This document shows positions 1 through 9,434 of a DNA stretch of 64,000 bases, piece by piece; position 1 is the stretch's first letter; each line of letters starts with the position of its first letter. The translations under genes were made by a program, and so were the position numbers. The notes below the pieces were generated by a model. It had not been told where the DNA came from, made no database searches, and saw only the letters and a program-made list of their open reading frames with translations. This DNA comes from Minisyncoccota bacterium (lineage in GTDB: Bacteria > Patescibacteriota > Minisyncoccia > Phycocordibacterales > UBA5272), in assembly GCA_041666645.1 (NCBI GenBank), contig JBAYGN010000001.1:31625-95624 (forward strand), in the 5' to 3' direction.

Positions 1-225
1 TCACGCCGATTAAATGTCTCATATACGTATTTTACTGATATGAGTCAATTATGCTTCTTTGATTTAGCTCAAGTCTGTCACCGCCTTGAACATGAAGGTG
101 AGGCAATGTTATATAAAGAATTAGGTGAAAATGTTCAAAAACTAGCAGGAGTTCTTTACGCCTCTCGAGGTAGTGACGAAACAAAGAATCTGTTAGATTT
201 CCAAAAAATATCCACACTTCATTAA
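1..225 (+). CDS. 3' end of a hypothetical protein ORF entering from upstream of the window
   Basis: Frame 1 is open from nt 1 to TAA 223-225; the listed ORF 40..225 is only the part after the first Met. Followed by hairpin CCTCG(241-245)/CGGGG(257-261) plus TTTAATT. Composition resembles the G+C-richer orphan genes elsewhere in the window. Confidence 0.35.
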   Translation, partial: SRRLNVSYTYFTDMSQLCFFDLAQVCHRLEHEGEAMLYKELGENVQKLAGVLYASRGSDETKNLLDFQKISTLH

Positions 226-266
226 GTAAATGATTTTAAGCCTCGTACATCAAGTGCGGGGTTTAA

Positions 267-1925
267 TTATTTAGTATCAACATGACTCCACGCAAAATCT
301 ATGTCACTGTGTACTTTTTTCATAGGATTTAGGACATCTTGTGGATCAAAAATGTTTTTTGTCTGTTCAAACAACGAAACAATTTCTGGTGAAAACATCT
401 TTGGAATATACGAAGTACGCAAAAGTCCATCATTGTGTTCTCCTGACATTGAGCCTCCATAAGAAAAAACCAATTCATATACTTCATCCATTAACTTATG
501 AAGCACTTCAACGATTCCCTTTTTATGAATATCAACCAGGGGTATTATATGAAAATTTGCATCACCCATGTGTCCTGCTACGGTATAAATCAAATCATAT
601 TTTGAAAATATTTTTTCTAGTTTCGGTAAAAATTCTGGCAAATCTTTTGGGTGTACGGTTATATCATCAATAGTTGGAGCTGTACGCATTCCTTTGAGTT
701 TTGAGCGAAGCAAATTAAAACTCTCTCGTCTGAAAGTCCAGTATTTCTTTGATTCCTGTGCAGTTTTTGTACGCCTTACAGGCAAGTCAAGCGATTTCAT
801 GTCTTCATAAGCCTCTTCGACTTGTTTTTCTACATCTTTCTCACTGTCACCTGCAAATTCCGCCATTAAAATAATCTTTGGGGCACCCCCAGTGATAGCC
901 ATCCAAAATTCTGGAAGAAATTCGAACCCTAAAGTGAATATATTTCCTCCCATTTTAATTGCTATGTCTTTTAGGAATTTAACTGCTATTTTGAAAGTAT
1001 GGTCATCATATGACTCAAGGGATTCTGGTTTATGTAATAATATTCTAGGAATAATTTCACCCAAATGAGTTGTTGACGGCACAAACATTACAATCATTCG
1101 TGAGTGGGTTTTTGGTTTCACTCCGGTAAAGGTTGCAGAAGAAACACAAGCAAGTGTCCCCTGACTTCCAGTGATAACTTTTGTTATATCAAATACCCCT
1201 TTTTCTTTATCATAAACATTCCAAAGATAGTATCCAGAGGAGTTTTTAGAAACACTTGGTTTTGCTTTCTTTATAGCATCATAATTTTTGTTGATTAATT
1301 CATACAATTCGCGATGAATACGTCCACTTTCAGTTTGTTCACGCATTTTATTCTCCAGTTCTTGTGAATTTAAAGCACGGACGGTATCTTTTTCTCCATT
1401 TGCATAAACCACATCAAGTGATTCTATGTATTTTTCTGTTTTGCCGTAAACAAGGGTTTTTTCTCCACCAGAATTATTGGATACAATACCTCCAATAGCT
1501 GCTAGCTCGCGCGAAGCAGGGTAACTAGGCATAATCCACCCTTTCTTTAAGGTTTCTTTTTCAAAATTACGATAAAACACTCCAGACTCTGCTGTTGCGT
1601 GTTTTTCAGTCAAATTAGTAACGTGGTTCATGTGACGTGTGGTATCAAGAACAATTGATTGTGACAAAGGTCCACCAGTCATACACGTACCTGCAGCACG
1701 CACTGCAATAGAAATATCTTCACCTTTTTGTTTTTTGTTGTTTACGTAAATTAAAATTTTAGAAATATCATCTGCAGATTTTGGATAAATAACTATTTCT
1801 GGTTTAACATAAAACAAACTAGCGTCTCTAGCCACAATTTCACGCTCCTTATCTAAAACAGAAACGTCTCCTTCTATTAAACCCTCCAAATCTTTAGCAT
1901 ATAGACTATACGTCGATGAATTCAT
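267..1925 (-). CDS. FAD-binding oxidoreductase (FAD-linked oxidase, GlcD/D-lactate dehydrogenase-like)
   Basis: 552-aa ORF. The N-terminal half has FAD-binding PCMH-type motifs (AVRAAGTCMTGG, GGIVSNNSGGEK). The C-terminal half is FAD-oxidase_C-like (GGSMSGEHNDGLLR). Confidence 0.75.
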   Translation of the reverse strand: MNSSTYSLYAKDLEGLIEGDVSVLDKEREIVARDASLFYVKPEIVIYPKSADDISKILIYVNNKKQKGEDISIAVRAAGTCMTGGPLSQSIVLDTTRHMNHVTNLTEKHATAESGVFYRNFEKETLKKGWIMPSYPASRELAAIGGIVSNNSGGEKTLVYGKTEKYIESLDVVYANGEKDTVRALNSQELENKMREQTESGRIHRELYELINKNYDAIKKAKPSVSKNSSGYYLWNVYDKEKGVFDITKVITGSQGTLACVSSATFTGVKPKTHSRMIVMFVPSTTHLGEIIPRILLHKPESLESYDDHTFKIAVKFLKDIAIKMGGNIFTLGFEFLPEFWMAITGGAPKIILMAEFAGDSEKDVEKQVEEAYEDMKSLDLPVRRTKTAQESKKYWTFRRESFNLLRSKLKGMRTAPTIDDITVHPKDLPEFLPKLEKIFSKYDLIYTVAGHMGDANFHIIPLVDIHKKGIVEVLHKLMDEVYELVFSYGGSMSGEHNDGLLRTSYIPKMFSPEIVSLFEQTKNIFDPQDVLNPMKKVHSDIDFAWSHVDTK

Positions 1926-1933
1926 ATTTTAAT

Positions 1934-2455
1934 TTAGTTTTCAAAAGTAACCCTAACCCTGTCTGCCTCAGCCCCCTCTCCACCATGAGAAAAATGTATA
2001 TTCACATGATTAAATGCATCTTTAATTTTCTTTGCAAGACGATCAGTTAACTCATTTTCCACGGTAGTAATTCGAAGTCCTTTTTCTGTATCTTCTATTT
2101 TTATAACTCTGTCTTGTGGGTCAATTTCAGTCGCGCGGGCACAATAATTGTGAATTAGATTAAGAAGTTCTTCTTTTTGTTCTTCTCTAAAACCTTCCAC
2201 AAAAAGTTCACCTTCATAATTACCTCCATCGATTATCTTACAGGCAGGACATTTTTCTGTTCTGGCTACAATTGGTTCTTCCTCACCTTCTTTTCTTAAA
2301 TCAGCGATTGAGTGCAGCCACCTCTTTTCAAAGCGTACGTTATGACATTTTGGACACTCCGTAACACCTTTATATTCAAGATGATCTTCCCCTTTTGAAT
2401 AATCACGTCCGTGTTTCATTACAGAACCAGCTATTCTAGAAAAAATATTAGACAT
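1934..2455 (-). CDS. zinc-ribbon protein, NMD3-like/BCAM0308-like (tentative)
   Basis: 173-aa ORF with two CxxC pairs (CPKCHN...CPACK) followed by an alpha/beta C-terminal region. The family assignment comes from memory of similar ~170-aa proteins and was not verified. Confidence 0.4.
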   Translation of the reverse strand: MSNIFSRIAGSVMKHGRDYSKGEDHLEYKGVTECPKCHNVRFEKRWLHSIADLRKEGEEEPIVARTEKCPACKIIDGGNYEGELFVEGFREEQKEELLNLIHNYCARATEIDPQDRVIKIEDTEKGLRITTVENELTDRLAKKIKDAFNHVNIHFSHGGEGAEADRVRVTFEN

Positions 2456-2684
2456 AATTTTACCGATTAATTTTTATTAATATACTTTATTTAAAAAGTT
2501 TCAAAATTGTTTTCGATATCAACCACAATGCTTACATTAGTAGTATATCAGCTATCCCTTGATAACCACGAGGGGTTTTAGTCTAACAACCTTTTTTGCC
2601 AAACCTGCCATACTTAAACCAGATACGTGCACCCTAGCGTCTGCGGTGTGTAGAAGAAAGTGGAAGAAATGTGTATGTCATAGT

Positions 2685-3578
2685 TTATTTTTCTTTTATT
2701 TCTTTCTCTGCCTTTTCCAAATCAACACCATCTTTGGTGACATCTTTCCATAAATCCCCTTTTTCTTCTATACGTTTAAAAATATTTTTAATTGTGAATT
2801 GAATTGGTCTCAAGCCGTGTTTTACTTCGCTCCATTCTAATGGTGTAGACACAGACGCCAAAGGCACTGACCGCAAAGAATACGGTGCGATAACAGTCTG
2901 CCCAATTGCGTTTCGTGATATGTCGATATGAATTTTATTTTTACGTTTTTCTGGAAAATGTTCTAGACTTACAATCTCAGGAATCTTTTCATTTACTTTA
3001 TGTGCAATTAAATCTGCGAACTCCCTTACTTTTTCGTACGAATATTTTGCGCCAGTTGGCACATAAATATGTAGCCCGTACTTTCCAGAAGTTTTGCAAA
3101 AGTTAGGAACATTAATTTTCTCGAGAAGTTTATGTATCTCAAGTGCAGTTGTTACAACATCGTCAAAAGAAGCGTCCTCTCCTCTGTCGATATCAAGAAT
3201 CATAAACTCTGGCTTTTCTAGTGACCCAACCTTTGAACTCCACGGATGCATTTCTATGCAGCCAATGTTTGCAAGGTAAAGCAAGGTCTCTTCGTTGTTA
3301 CAAACAACGTAGTTAATATCTTTTTCAGTTGTTTTCGCGCGAATGGTTTTTGTCTCTACGAAATCAGGCACGCTTTTCGGCTCTACATTTTTTTGATAAA
3401 AATGAATTCCTTCTATTCCTTCTGGTGTACGATAAAGAGAGCTTGGATAATTTTTCAAATACTTCAAAATAATCGGTGAAATATTTTTGTAATAATCAAC
3501 AAGGTCTGCTTTTGTATAACCATCATCTGGCCAAAGAACTTTGTCTAAATGTGTGAATTCTTGAGTGGTTTTTTTCAT
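2685..3578 (-). CDS. stand-alone LigD polymerase/primase-domain protein (NHEJ polymerase)
   Basis: 297 aa. Archaeo-eukaryotic primase-like LigD PolDom motifs are present: MILDIDRGEDASFDDVV (DxD metal site), SGKYGLHIYVP, HIDISRNAIGQTVIAPYSLR. Its start overlaps the stop of the upstream ligase gene by 4 nt (3575-3578), suggesting translational coupling. Confidence 0.85.
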   Translation of the reverse strand: MKKTTQEFTHLDKVLWPDDGYTKADLVDYYKNISPIILKYLKNYPSSLYRTPEGIEGIHFYQKNVEPKSVPDFVETKTIRAKTTEKDINYVVCNNEETLLYLANIGCIEMHPWSSKVGSLEKPEFMILDIDRGEDASFDDVVTTALEIHKLLEKINVPNFCKTSGKYGLHIYVPTGAKYSYEKVREFADLIAHKVNEKIPEIVSLEHFPEKRKNKIHIDISRNAIGQTVIAPYSLRSVPLASVSTPLEWSEVKHGLRPIQFTIKNIFKRIEEKGDLWKDVTKDGVDLEKAEKEIKEK

Positions 3579-4507
3579 GAGATTTTTGGTTTTACTATTT
3601 CCATTATCACTTCTGTTGCTTTTTTATCCTCACGCAACCCCAAAAATGCGGGGTGTCGCAACTCACCGCCAAGAGTCCATTCAGTGAACTTCACCTCACA
3701 AACAACTTCTGGTTTTACCCATGTGGTTGTTGATTCAAATTTTACTTTTTCAGTGAACGGACTTTTTTCAGCTTTAATTTTTGATAACTTCGCGTGAATA
3801 CTTTTCAAGTCCTCTGCGTCAAAACCGGTTCCAACGTGACCCACATAATGCCAAACTTTCCCATCATGCACCGCAAGAGCAAGTGAGCCGAAATATTTAC
3901 GTGACAAGCGTGGCTCTGTAAATCCAACGATAACAAACTCCTGTCGCAAACCAGTCTTAATTTTTAACCAATCGCGAGAACGTTTACCAGATTGGTACGT
4001 GCTATCGGCTCGTTTTGCCATTATTCCTTCTTCGCCAGCTTTTTTGGCTTCTGTAAAATAACGTGACCCGTTAGTCGTGCGATGCTCACTAAATCTAATA
4101 ACTGTATCATCAGGAATTATTTTTTTGAGAGCTTCTTTTCTTTCAAGCAAAGTTAAATCGCACATGCTCTTGCCATCCAAGGACATTATGTCAAAAACAT
4201 AATAATAAAGATTTGTTTTCTTTCGTAGAGCGTTTTGTAAAAGCTGAAACCTAGAACGTCCTTTATTGTCCAATGCAACTAATTCACCGTCTATTACAGC
4301 GTCGTGTTTAATTTTTTCTAAAGCTTTTACAATATCAATATATCTATCACTAACAATTTCACCATTACGCGAGTACAGAGTAACTTTTCCTTTTGCAATG
4401 GAAGCTATCACACGAAACCCATCCCATTTAGTTTCAAACACCCAAGCCTTGTCATCAAACGGCTTATCAGTAAGAGTGGCGAGCATTGGTTGGATTATTT
4501 TAGACAT
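3575..4507 (-). CDS. ATP-dependent DNA ligase (LigD ligase-domain type, adenylation + OB fold)
   Basis: 310 aa. Motif I KxDG is present (ETKWDGFRV), along with DGELV, EGIMAKR and WLKIK motifs typical of ATP-dependent ligases. Confidence 0.85.
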   Translation of the reverse strand: MSKIIQPMLATLTDKPFDDKAWVFETKWDGFRVIASIAKGKVTLYSRNGEIVSDRYIDIVKALEKIKHDAVIDGELVALDNKGRSRFQLLQNALRKKTNLYYYVFDIMSLDGKSMCDLTLLERKEALKKIIPDDTVIRFSEHRTTNGSRYFTEAKKAGEEGIMAKRADSTYQSGKRSRDWLKIKTGLRQEFVIVGFTEPRLSRKYFGSLALAVHDGKVWHYVGHVGTGFDAEDLKSIHAKLSKIKAEKSPFTEKVKFESTTTWVKPEVVCEVKFTEWTLGGELRHPAFLGLREDKKATEVIMEIVKPKIS

Positions 4508-4567
4508 TTTTTGATATCTTATCTATAACGTTAATGTTAACACCGAGCTGTTAAGTCTCCTATTAAT

Positions 4568-5299
4568 TTATATTTCAATAATAGAATAAATAAGTAAATG
4601 GTCAGAGGCAGTCGATTTTACGGCTCTACTCGATGCTATTTTTATATCCTTGGTAACAAAAATATAATCTAGCTTATATTTTAGTCCAGAAGGCTTACAC
4701 ACGAGACAGCCTTTAGGGTTTGTGCTCCATGTTAATTGCGTTCCCTTAACATCAGTATCCAGCATGGTATTTTTCATAACTTGTATACTTTTCTGTTCTG
4801 GTGTTGCATTAAAATCTCCCACAACGACAGAGTTTTCTTTGGGAACAACTTTTAATAAACTTTTTACCTGAGTGTCTTGTATTTTAAATGGTTTTAAATG
4901 CGTATGAACAAAGTGAACCGAAAAAATATGAAGGTTTTTATCGTTGACTTTAATTACTGCTTCCACGGCAGTTCTTTTACGAGTTTCTGACAAAAGATGG
5001 ATTTTAGTGTCTATGATTTCATGTTTGCTTATTATTGCGTTTCCTAAACCCATAGTTTTATCGGCGTTACTATCTCTTGAAAATTCCGATATAGTCTCCA
5101 TCGGAAAATGTGATGTTTCATATACCCATTTGTATCCTAATTCCTCGGCTATCTTTTTTGTAACATTAATTCTGTCACTATCCCGAATAACTTCTTGGAG
5201 ACCAATTACATCAGCATCAATAACTTTTAGGCGTTTGATAATTTCTTTTAAGTTTTCCCCTCCCCAAATATTCCAAGATACAATTTTTAGTTGTGACAT
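4568..5299 (-). CDS. endonuclease/exonuclease/phosphatase (EEP) family protein
   Basis: 243 aa. N-terminal KIVSWNIWGG...GLQEV and C-terminal GDFN...SDHLLI motifs are characteristic of the EEP fold. Confidence 0.75.
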   Translation of the reverse strand: MSQLKIVSWNIWGGENLKEIIKRLKVIDADVIGLQEVIRDSDRINVTKKIAEELGYKWVYETSHFPMETISEFSRDSNADKTMGLGNAIISKHEIIDTKIHLLSETRKRTAVEAVIKVNDKNLHIFSVHFVHTHLKPFKIQDTQVKSLLKVVPKENSVVVGDFNATPEQKSIQVMKNTMLDTDVKGTQLTWSTNPKGCLVCKPSGLKYKLDYIFVTKDIKIASSRAVKSTASDHLLIYSIIEI

Positions 5300-5354
5300 G
5301 AATTTAGTATATATCTTGGAGATAATCTTGACTAACTAGCTATTAAATTGTAGG

Positions 5355-5807
5355 GTGGGAATTGGTTGTATCTTCTGTTTTAAATATCTGGAAGGAATCA
5401 TTGTGAATTATCTTTTGATTTTTATTCTGTGTCTTGGTCTTGCTGTTATTGGGATTTATATCGCAAGGTTTTTTCCCAACAATAATACGAGGCGCCAAAT
5501 TGCGATAAGTGCATGTCAGAACGTTGCATTAAGCTTCTGTGGCACCTGGAATGCTACAGGTATCTCCATGCCTGGCTTACCCGGTGCTAAAAACTTTTAC
5601 GTTATATTGGAAGAAAGGGATCGCGTACTTTGGGGTTGGTCAAAAGAACCATACCCGAGAACACTTGTGCTTCTCTATCACAGAGAGTTGGCGCGTGGTG
5701 AAACTGTTCAAGTGGCGTTATTGTCGCAAGAAAATATTCCTGAACATCCGGACAGTTTGGCTGACCTTCTTTTCCCATACCCCACAGGGCGCAACATTGG
5801 GAAGTGA
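5355..5807 (+). CDS. hypothetical membrane-anchored protein (orphan)
   Basis: ORF with one N-terminal TM helix (NYLLIFILCLGLAVIGIYIA). A more likely start is GTG 5404, preceded by GGAAGGA. The C-terminal two thirds are visibly G+C-richer. Followed by a terminator at 5822-5862. Confidence 0.5.
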   Translation: MGIGCIFCFKYLEGIIVNYLLIFILCLGLAVIGIYIARFFPNNNTRRQIAISACQNVALSFCGTWNATGISMPGLPGAKNFYVILEERDRVLWGWSKEPYPRTLVLLYHRELARGETVQVALLSQENIPEHPDSLADLLFPYPTGRNIGK

Positions 5808-5821
5808 CTCCTTTATTTTAG

Positions 5822-5862
5822 AACACCATTTGCAATTTACTTGCAATGGTGTTTTTCTTTAT
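5822..5862 (+). terminator. intrinsic terminator after 5355..5807
   Basis: AACACCATTTGCAA / TTGCAATGGTGTT hairpin (one bulge) followed by TTTTCTTT. Confidence 0.6.
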
Positions 5863-5867
5863 TTGTT

Positions 5868-5935
5868 AGCTGATGAGGACTCGGTCACAAAACTACCTCG
5901 CTTTGATCTAAAACGAAGTTTGTACTATTCTGAGA
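5868..5935 (-). repeat. degenerate copy of the tRNA-linked junction unit (AGGACTCG|GTCACAAAAC...)
   Basis: Plus strand reads gctgatgAGGACTCGGTCACAAAACtacctcg...gaagtttgt. It has the same core-plus-hairpin-arm arrangement as 6174-6240 (ACAAACT/AGTTTTGT stem on the minus strand). Confidence 0.5.
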
Positions 5936-6132
5936 AAAATGTAGAATAGGACAATGTTCATTACGGGGAGATTGAAATGCGAACACGTTTCATAGTCATA
6001 ATGTTTGTGGGGATCATATCGTTGTTGTTTGTTGAGACTTTCATGCTCTTTTCGATTATCGACCCAACGCTCGATAAAAATGGCTTTTGTTTCAACATTC
6101 CAAACCAATCACGATTGTGCATTCGAAAATCC

Positions 6133-6158
6133 AAACCTCCTACGGGAGGTTTTTGTTT
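6133..6158. terminator. hairpin AAACCTCC-TACG-GGAGGTTT, possible bidirectional terminator
   Basis: Perfect 8-bp stem. T-run (TTTGTTTT) lies on the plus side. On the minus strand it lies ~15 nt 3' of the distal structured unit and is followed by GGATTTTCG. Confidence 0.45.
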
Positions 6159-6169
6159 TATGAAAATCA

Positions 6170-6337
6170 ATTTCTGGGGTACAGGGACTCGGTCACAAAA
6201 CTTCTCCTCGTAAACTCGTCGATAAAGTTTCGCGACCCCTATTCGAGTCCCTGCCGCAAGTGACGCAGGTCACTTGCTTTCCCCAGCAACACAAAGTGTA
6301 AGAACGCTTCGCGTACGATAAATGTGTGTTGCTGGGG
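6170..6337 (-). repeat. 168-nt direct repeat, distal copy (tRNA-Gln 3'-end copy + structured unit)
   Basis: Hand alignment to 12328..12495 gives 2 mismatches in 168 nt (6180 t/a, 6248 t/c). Contains CTGGGGTACAGGGACTCG (tRNA-Gln 3' 18 nt, 1 mismatch) and the hairpins described in the findings. Confidence 0.9.
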
Positions 6338-6486
6338 CTGTGGGACGAAGTTGGAACACTTTTAACTTTTAATTCTATTGAAAATTTAGGGAAACTAAGG
6401 CAGGTAATGTAATATCAAGTAAAAAAAGTGTTAGGATAATAATAAGTTGAAGGCTACTTTCTAGTTTTGCTAAAGATTATTTTATA

Positions 6487-8241
6487 TTACTTTTGCCATT
6501 TTTTAATTACCTCAGCAAATTTAGCTTCTTTCCACTCCTCTTTCCATTCTTCTAAATATTTAATGTCTCCTGATTTTGGTTTGTTTATACAAGCGTCTAT
6601 CTTTACAATTGAAGGCATAATTACGGAATCTCCAATCAATAAAGCTTCTCCTGCTTGTAAAATTGGTAAAGTTTCAGTGATAGAACCAAGGGTATCTGGT
6701 AGTAGGCGTTTTACATAATTTTGATCCTCAGGATTTGTTAATCTCATTGCGATAAAGTTACTACACTGCGAGAAAATAGTCTCGGATATTTCTGAAGGTC
6801 TTTGACTAACAATACATAGAGTTACTCCATACTTTCTTCCTTCTTTAGCAATACGTTCGATTGCTGTTCTTGAAGCTCTGTATTTTACTAGGTCACTTTT
6901 GGGTACATATTTGTGAGCTTCTTCATAAACAAGCAATAGAGGGGTTTCACTTTCAATTTCATCAGCAAGTATTTTTTTATAATAATAACCATATTCAAAC
7001 AACATTCTTGATATAAGTGATACTGTAATACTTAAAACTTCAAAAGGAATACCGGAAAGATCAATTATTGTTACATTAGATTTTTTTGTGGAATAACCAA
7101 GGAATTGTCTCAGTATTCCCTCAAGTGTTTCCGAAGAAACATCATCAAATAAAAATTTAAGACGGGGATTATTTCTTATTGTCTCTAGTCTTAAAATAAA
7201 TCTTTCGAAGTCACCATTAAAAGGCCCATTACTAGCTTTAGTTTCCTTGGCTGTGTTCGCAACACAAAAACTTACATCTTCTGAAAAGTAACTTTTCTTT
7301 CTATCTGTTATCAAGCTACCGTCTGATTTTTTCGGCATGCCTTCGCCTTCTAGTTTTCCTATAACTTCATTGTTTATATTTTTTATATATCTAATTACAT
7401 CATCTATCTTAAATTGAATAGGAGAATCAAAATAGATTTTACTTTCTGGAACCTGATCTTTTTTATCAAGAAGAGTATTTTGTATTTTTTTATTTTCTGT
7501 TACCGCATATCTAAATTGTGAGACTTGATTATGTGAATTTTCTTCATTACTTTCAATAAATAAATCTCCAAGTTCCTCACTATCAAATAACCAGTAAGGT
7601 ATTTTTATATTTCCTGAATTAATATAATTAGCATCAGGAAAAGCGTTTTTATACTCACCGTGGATATCAAAGATAACAATATGAGAGTTATTTAAACCTT
7701 GGTAGTCAGATTTTTTACCTTGTACAGCTTCTTGTAGCACCTTAGCAACAGTATGAGACTTTCCAGAACCAGTAGAACCGACTATGGCTATGTGTTTGTT
7801 AAAAAACTTATTACCGTCTACTGGAACATTTACTGTTTTATCTTGTGTTAATTTTGAAAAACAAAAACTAACATTTTCTTCTAGGTTATTGTATATTTTT
7901 TGTATGTCCTCTTTTGTCGCAGGTTCAGCAGATTTTGGTGGTATTGCTATATTATTTCCGCCTCTAATAAATTTATCAGTTGAATCAATAATACCTAAAG
8001 GAATTGCTTCAATCACATAAATCTTTTTTCTTTCGCCGTTTTCATCAGGCTCTTGTATTTCTATAGAAAAGTTTTCGATTATTGCTATAACTCTACAATT
8101 TTGATGATCAAATACTTTTAAATATGACCCAACAGCAAGGACCTCTCCTTCAACTTTGAATTTCTCAATATTATTTACCAATATCTTAATTTTATTTGGA
8201 AAAACTGAGACGACCTCAGCCATGTTTTTTTCATCAGTCAT
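6487..8241 (-). CDS. herA: HerA-like ATPase (HAS-barrel + FtsK/HerA P-loop, DUF87), partner of DUF4297
   Basis: 584 aa. N-terminal barrel region (VVSVFPNKIKILV...GSYLKVF), Walker A IVGSTGSGKSH, Walker B LLLVYEEAHKYV, CIVSQRPSEIS. Sits 3 nt downstream of the DUF4297 gene. Confidence 0.8.
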   Translation of the reverse strand: MTDEKNMAEVVSVFPNKIKILVNNIEKFKVEGEVLAVGSYLKVFDHQNCRVIAIIENFSIEIQEPDENGERKKIYVIEAIPLGIIDSTDKFIRGGNNIAIPPKSAEPATKEDIQKIYNNLEENVSFCFSKLTQDKTVNVPVDGNKFFNKHIAIVGSTGSGKSHTVAKVLQEAVQGKKSDYQGLNNSHIVIFDIHGEYKNAFPDANYINSGNIKIPYWLFDSEELGDLFIESNEENSHNQVSQFRYAVTENKKIQNTLLDKKDQVPESKIYFDSPIQFKIDDVIRYIKNINNEVIGKLEGEGMPKKSDGSLITDRKKSYFSEDVSFCVANTAKETKASNGPFNGDFERFILRLETIRNNPRLKFLFDDVSSETLEGILRQFLGYSTKKSNVTIIDLSGIPFEVLSITVSLISRMLFEYGYYYKKILADEIESETPLLLVYEEAHKYVPKSDLVKYRASRTAIERIAKEGRKYGVTLCIVSQRPSEISETIFSQCSNFIAMRLTNPEDQNYVKRLLPDTLGSITETLPILQAGEALLIGDSVIMPSIVKIDACINKPKSGDIKYLEEWKEEWKEAKFAEVIKKWQK

Positions 8242-8244
8242 AGA

Positions 8245-9393
8245 TTATGAAATTATTTTAATAATATCTTTAGTATGTTGTATGTAAAATTCTTTCAAGT
8301 CTTTTAAGTTCTCTTGAAGGTCAACTTTTGATAAAGTTGAAAACACATAAACTTCATCTAGTTTACCTTTTTTAAACAAAAATGGTAAAAACTCCTCTGA
8401 AATAATTTTAAATGCAACATTTGAAGAATCTTTGTATGTATCGACAATTAAATCTTGTATTCTAAACTTGTCTCCATTAAAATGTGTTCCATCACTAAAG
8501 TGCAATCCTTTATCTAAGAAACTTTGCTTTAGCAGGTTTAAACGAGTAGTGTCTATACCATATAAACAGATATAGGGTGAGGGTGATATATCTTTTCTAA
8601 AGTATTTATTTTTTATATTTGTAACTATTTCTAAAAGATTAGAATCCCTAATCGTGTCATCAATTTGAATGACTATCAATCTCTCTTTGCAAGGTATGTT
8701 AATCTTTTTAAATGTGAAGTATTCTTTTTTTAGATAACTTAAATATTTGTTGTTACTTAAAAACTTACAATAAGCCAATTCAAATATTACTTTTTCTTTT
8801 TTATTAACTAACGTTTTCAGTTTATTAAAGTTTATTAATCTTTGCTTCTTTTCTTTAATGATTGCTATGTCGAGTAAGTTAGATTTAAAAAGTGCATGAT
8901 AAACAGTAGCTTCCTCATCTGTTGTTAACTTGAATCCTGTTTTTATTTTTGAAATTAGATCTTTAAATTGTTGTTCAAAGTTATCAGAAAACTCTAGTAT
9001 AAAATGTTTTAAAAAATGCTCCTTATTTTTTAAGGTGTACTTATCTTTTTCAGTACCTAAAATTTTATCTAATTCTGAGATGTTTAGAAATTTTTTCTCA
9101 GGGGCTTTATCTTTAAAAAAAGCATATAACTTAAAAGTTTTCTTTTTATCTATGATGGACAGTTCTAGTAATTGTGTTAATGCTTTTTTGATACTTGAGG
9201 GGGTATACTTTTTAGATTCTTTATACTTAACTTGTATATAAAAATTACCTAGTCCAATATCTTGAATTTGTTCAATTTCTATATCTGAATGTGGGTTATT
9301 TAGTGCTTCTAAAATCGACTTATCAAATTGATAAGTAAAACCTTTTATTGCATAGTATCCACCATCATCTTGCTTTGATTTTGTTGTTCCCAT
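8245..9393 (-). CDS. DUF4297 (Cap4-like PD-(D/E)xK nuclease domain) protein of a DUF4297-HerA defence pair
   Basis: 382 aa. N-terminus reads GGYYAIKGFTYQFDKSILEAL...IEIEQIQDI...YIQVKYK. This matches the GFxYQ / E-x-QD / QVK signature of DUF4297 nucleases as I remember it. Gene order DUF4297 then HerA is the described arrangement. Confidence 0.7.
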   Translation of the reverse strand: MGTTKSKQDDGGYYAIKGFTYQFDKSILEALNNPHSDIEIEQIQDIGLGNFYIQVKYKESKKYTPSSIKKALTQLLELSIIDKKKTFKLYAFFKDKAPEKKFLNISELDKILGTEKDKYTLKNKEHFLKHFILEFSDNFEQQFKDLISKIKTGFKLTTDEEATVYHALFKSNLLDIAIIKEKKQRLINFNKLKTLVNKKEKVIFELAYCKFLSNNKYLSYLKKEYFTFKKINIPCKERLIVIQIDDTIRDSNLLEIVTNIKNKYFRKDISPSPYICLYGIDTTRLNLLKQSFLDKGLHFSDGTHFNGDKFRIQDLIVDTYKDSSNVAFKIISEEFLPFLFKKGKLDEVYVFSTLSKVDLQENLKDLKEFYIQHTKDIIKIIS

Positions 9394-9434
9394 TTTCTAG
9401 ATTCTACTCCTATTACAAGATAAATCTAGTCCTT

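Noticed and set aside
5869-5876. CTGATGAG, the hammerhead-ribozyme core motif, next to a junction remnant
   Set aside because: No stem II hairpin followed by GAAA is present, and the other copies of the unit read CTGGGGAAC here. This is a chance similarity.
5539-6213. Overlapping ORFs 5539..5949(+), 5908..6108(-), 5961..6170(-) and 5977..6213(+)
   Set aside because: They are mutually overlapping, lack RBSs, and span a terminator, repeat remnants and the 168-nt repeat. Most likely they are non-coding.
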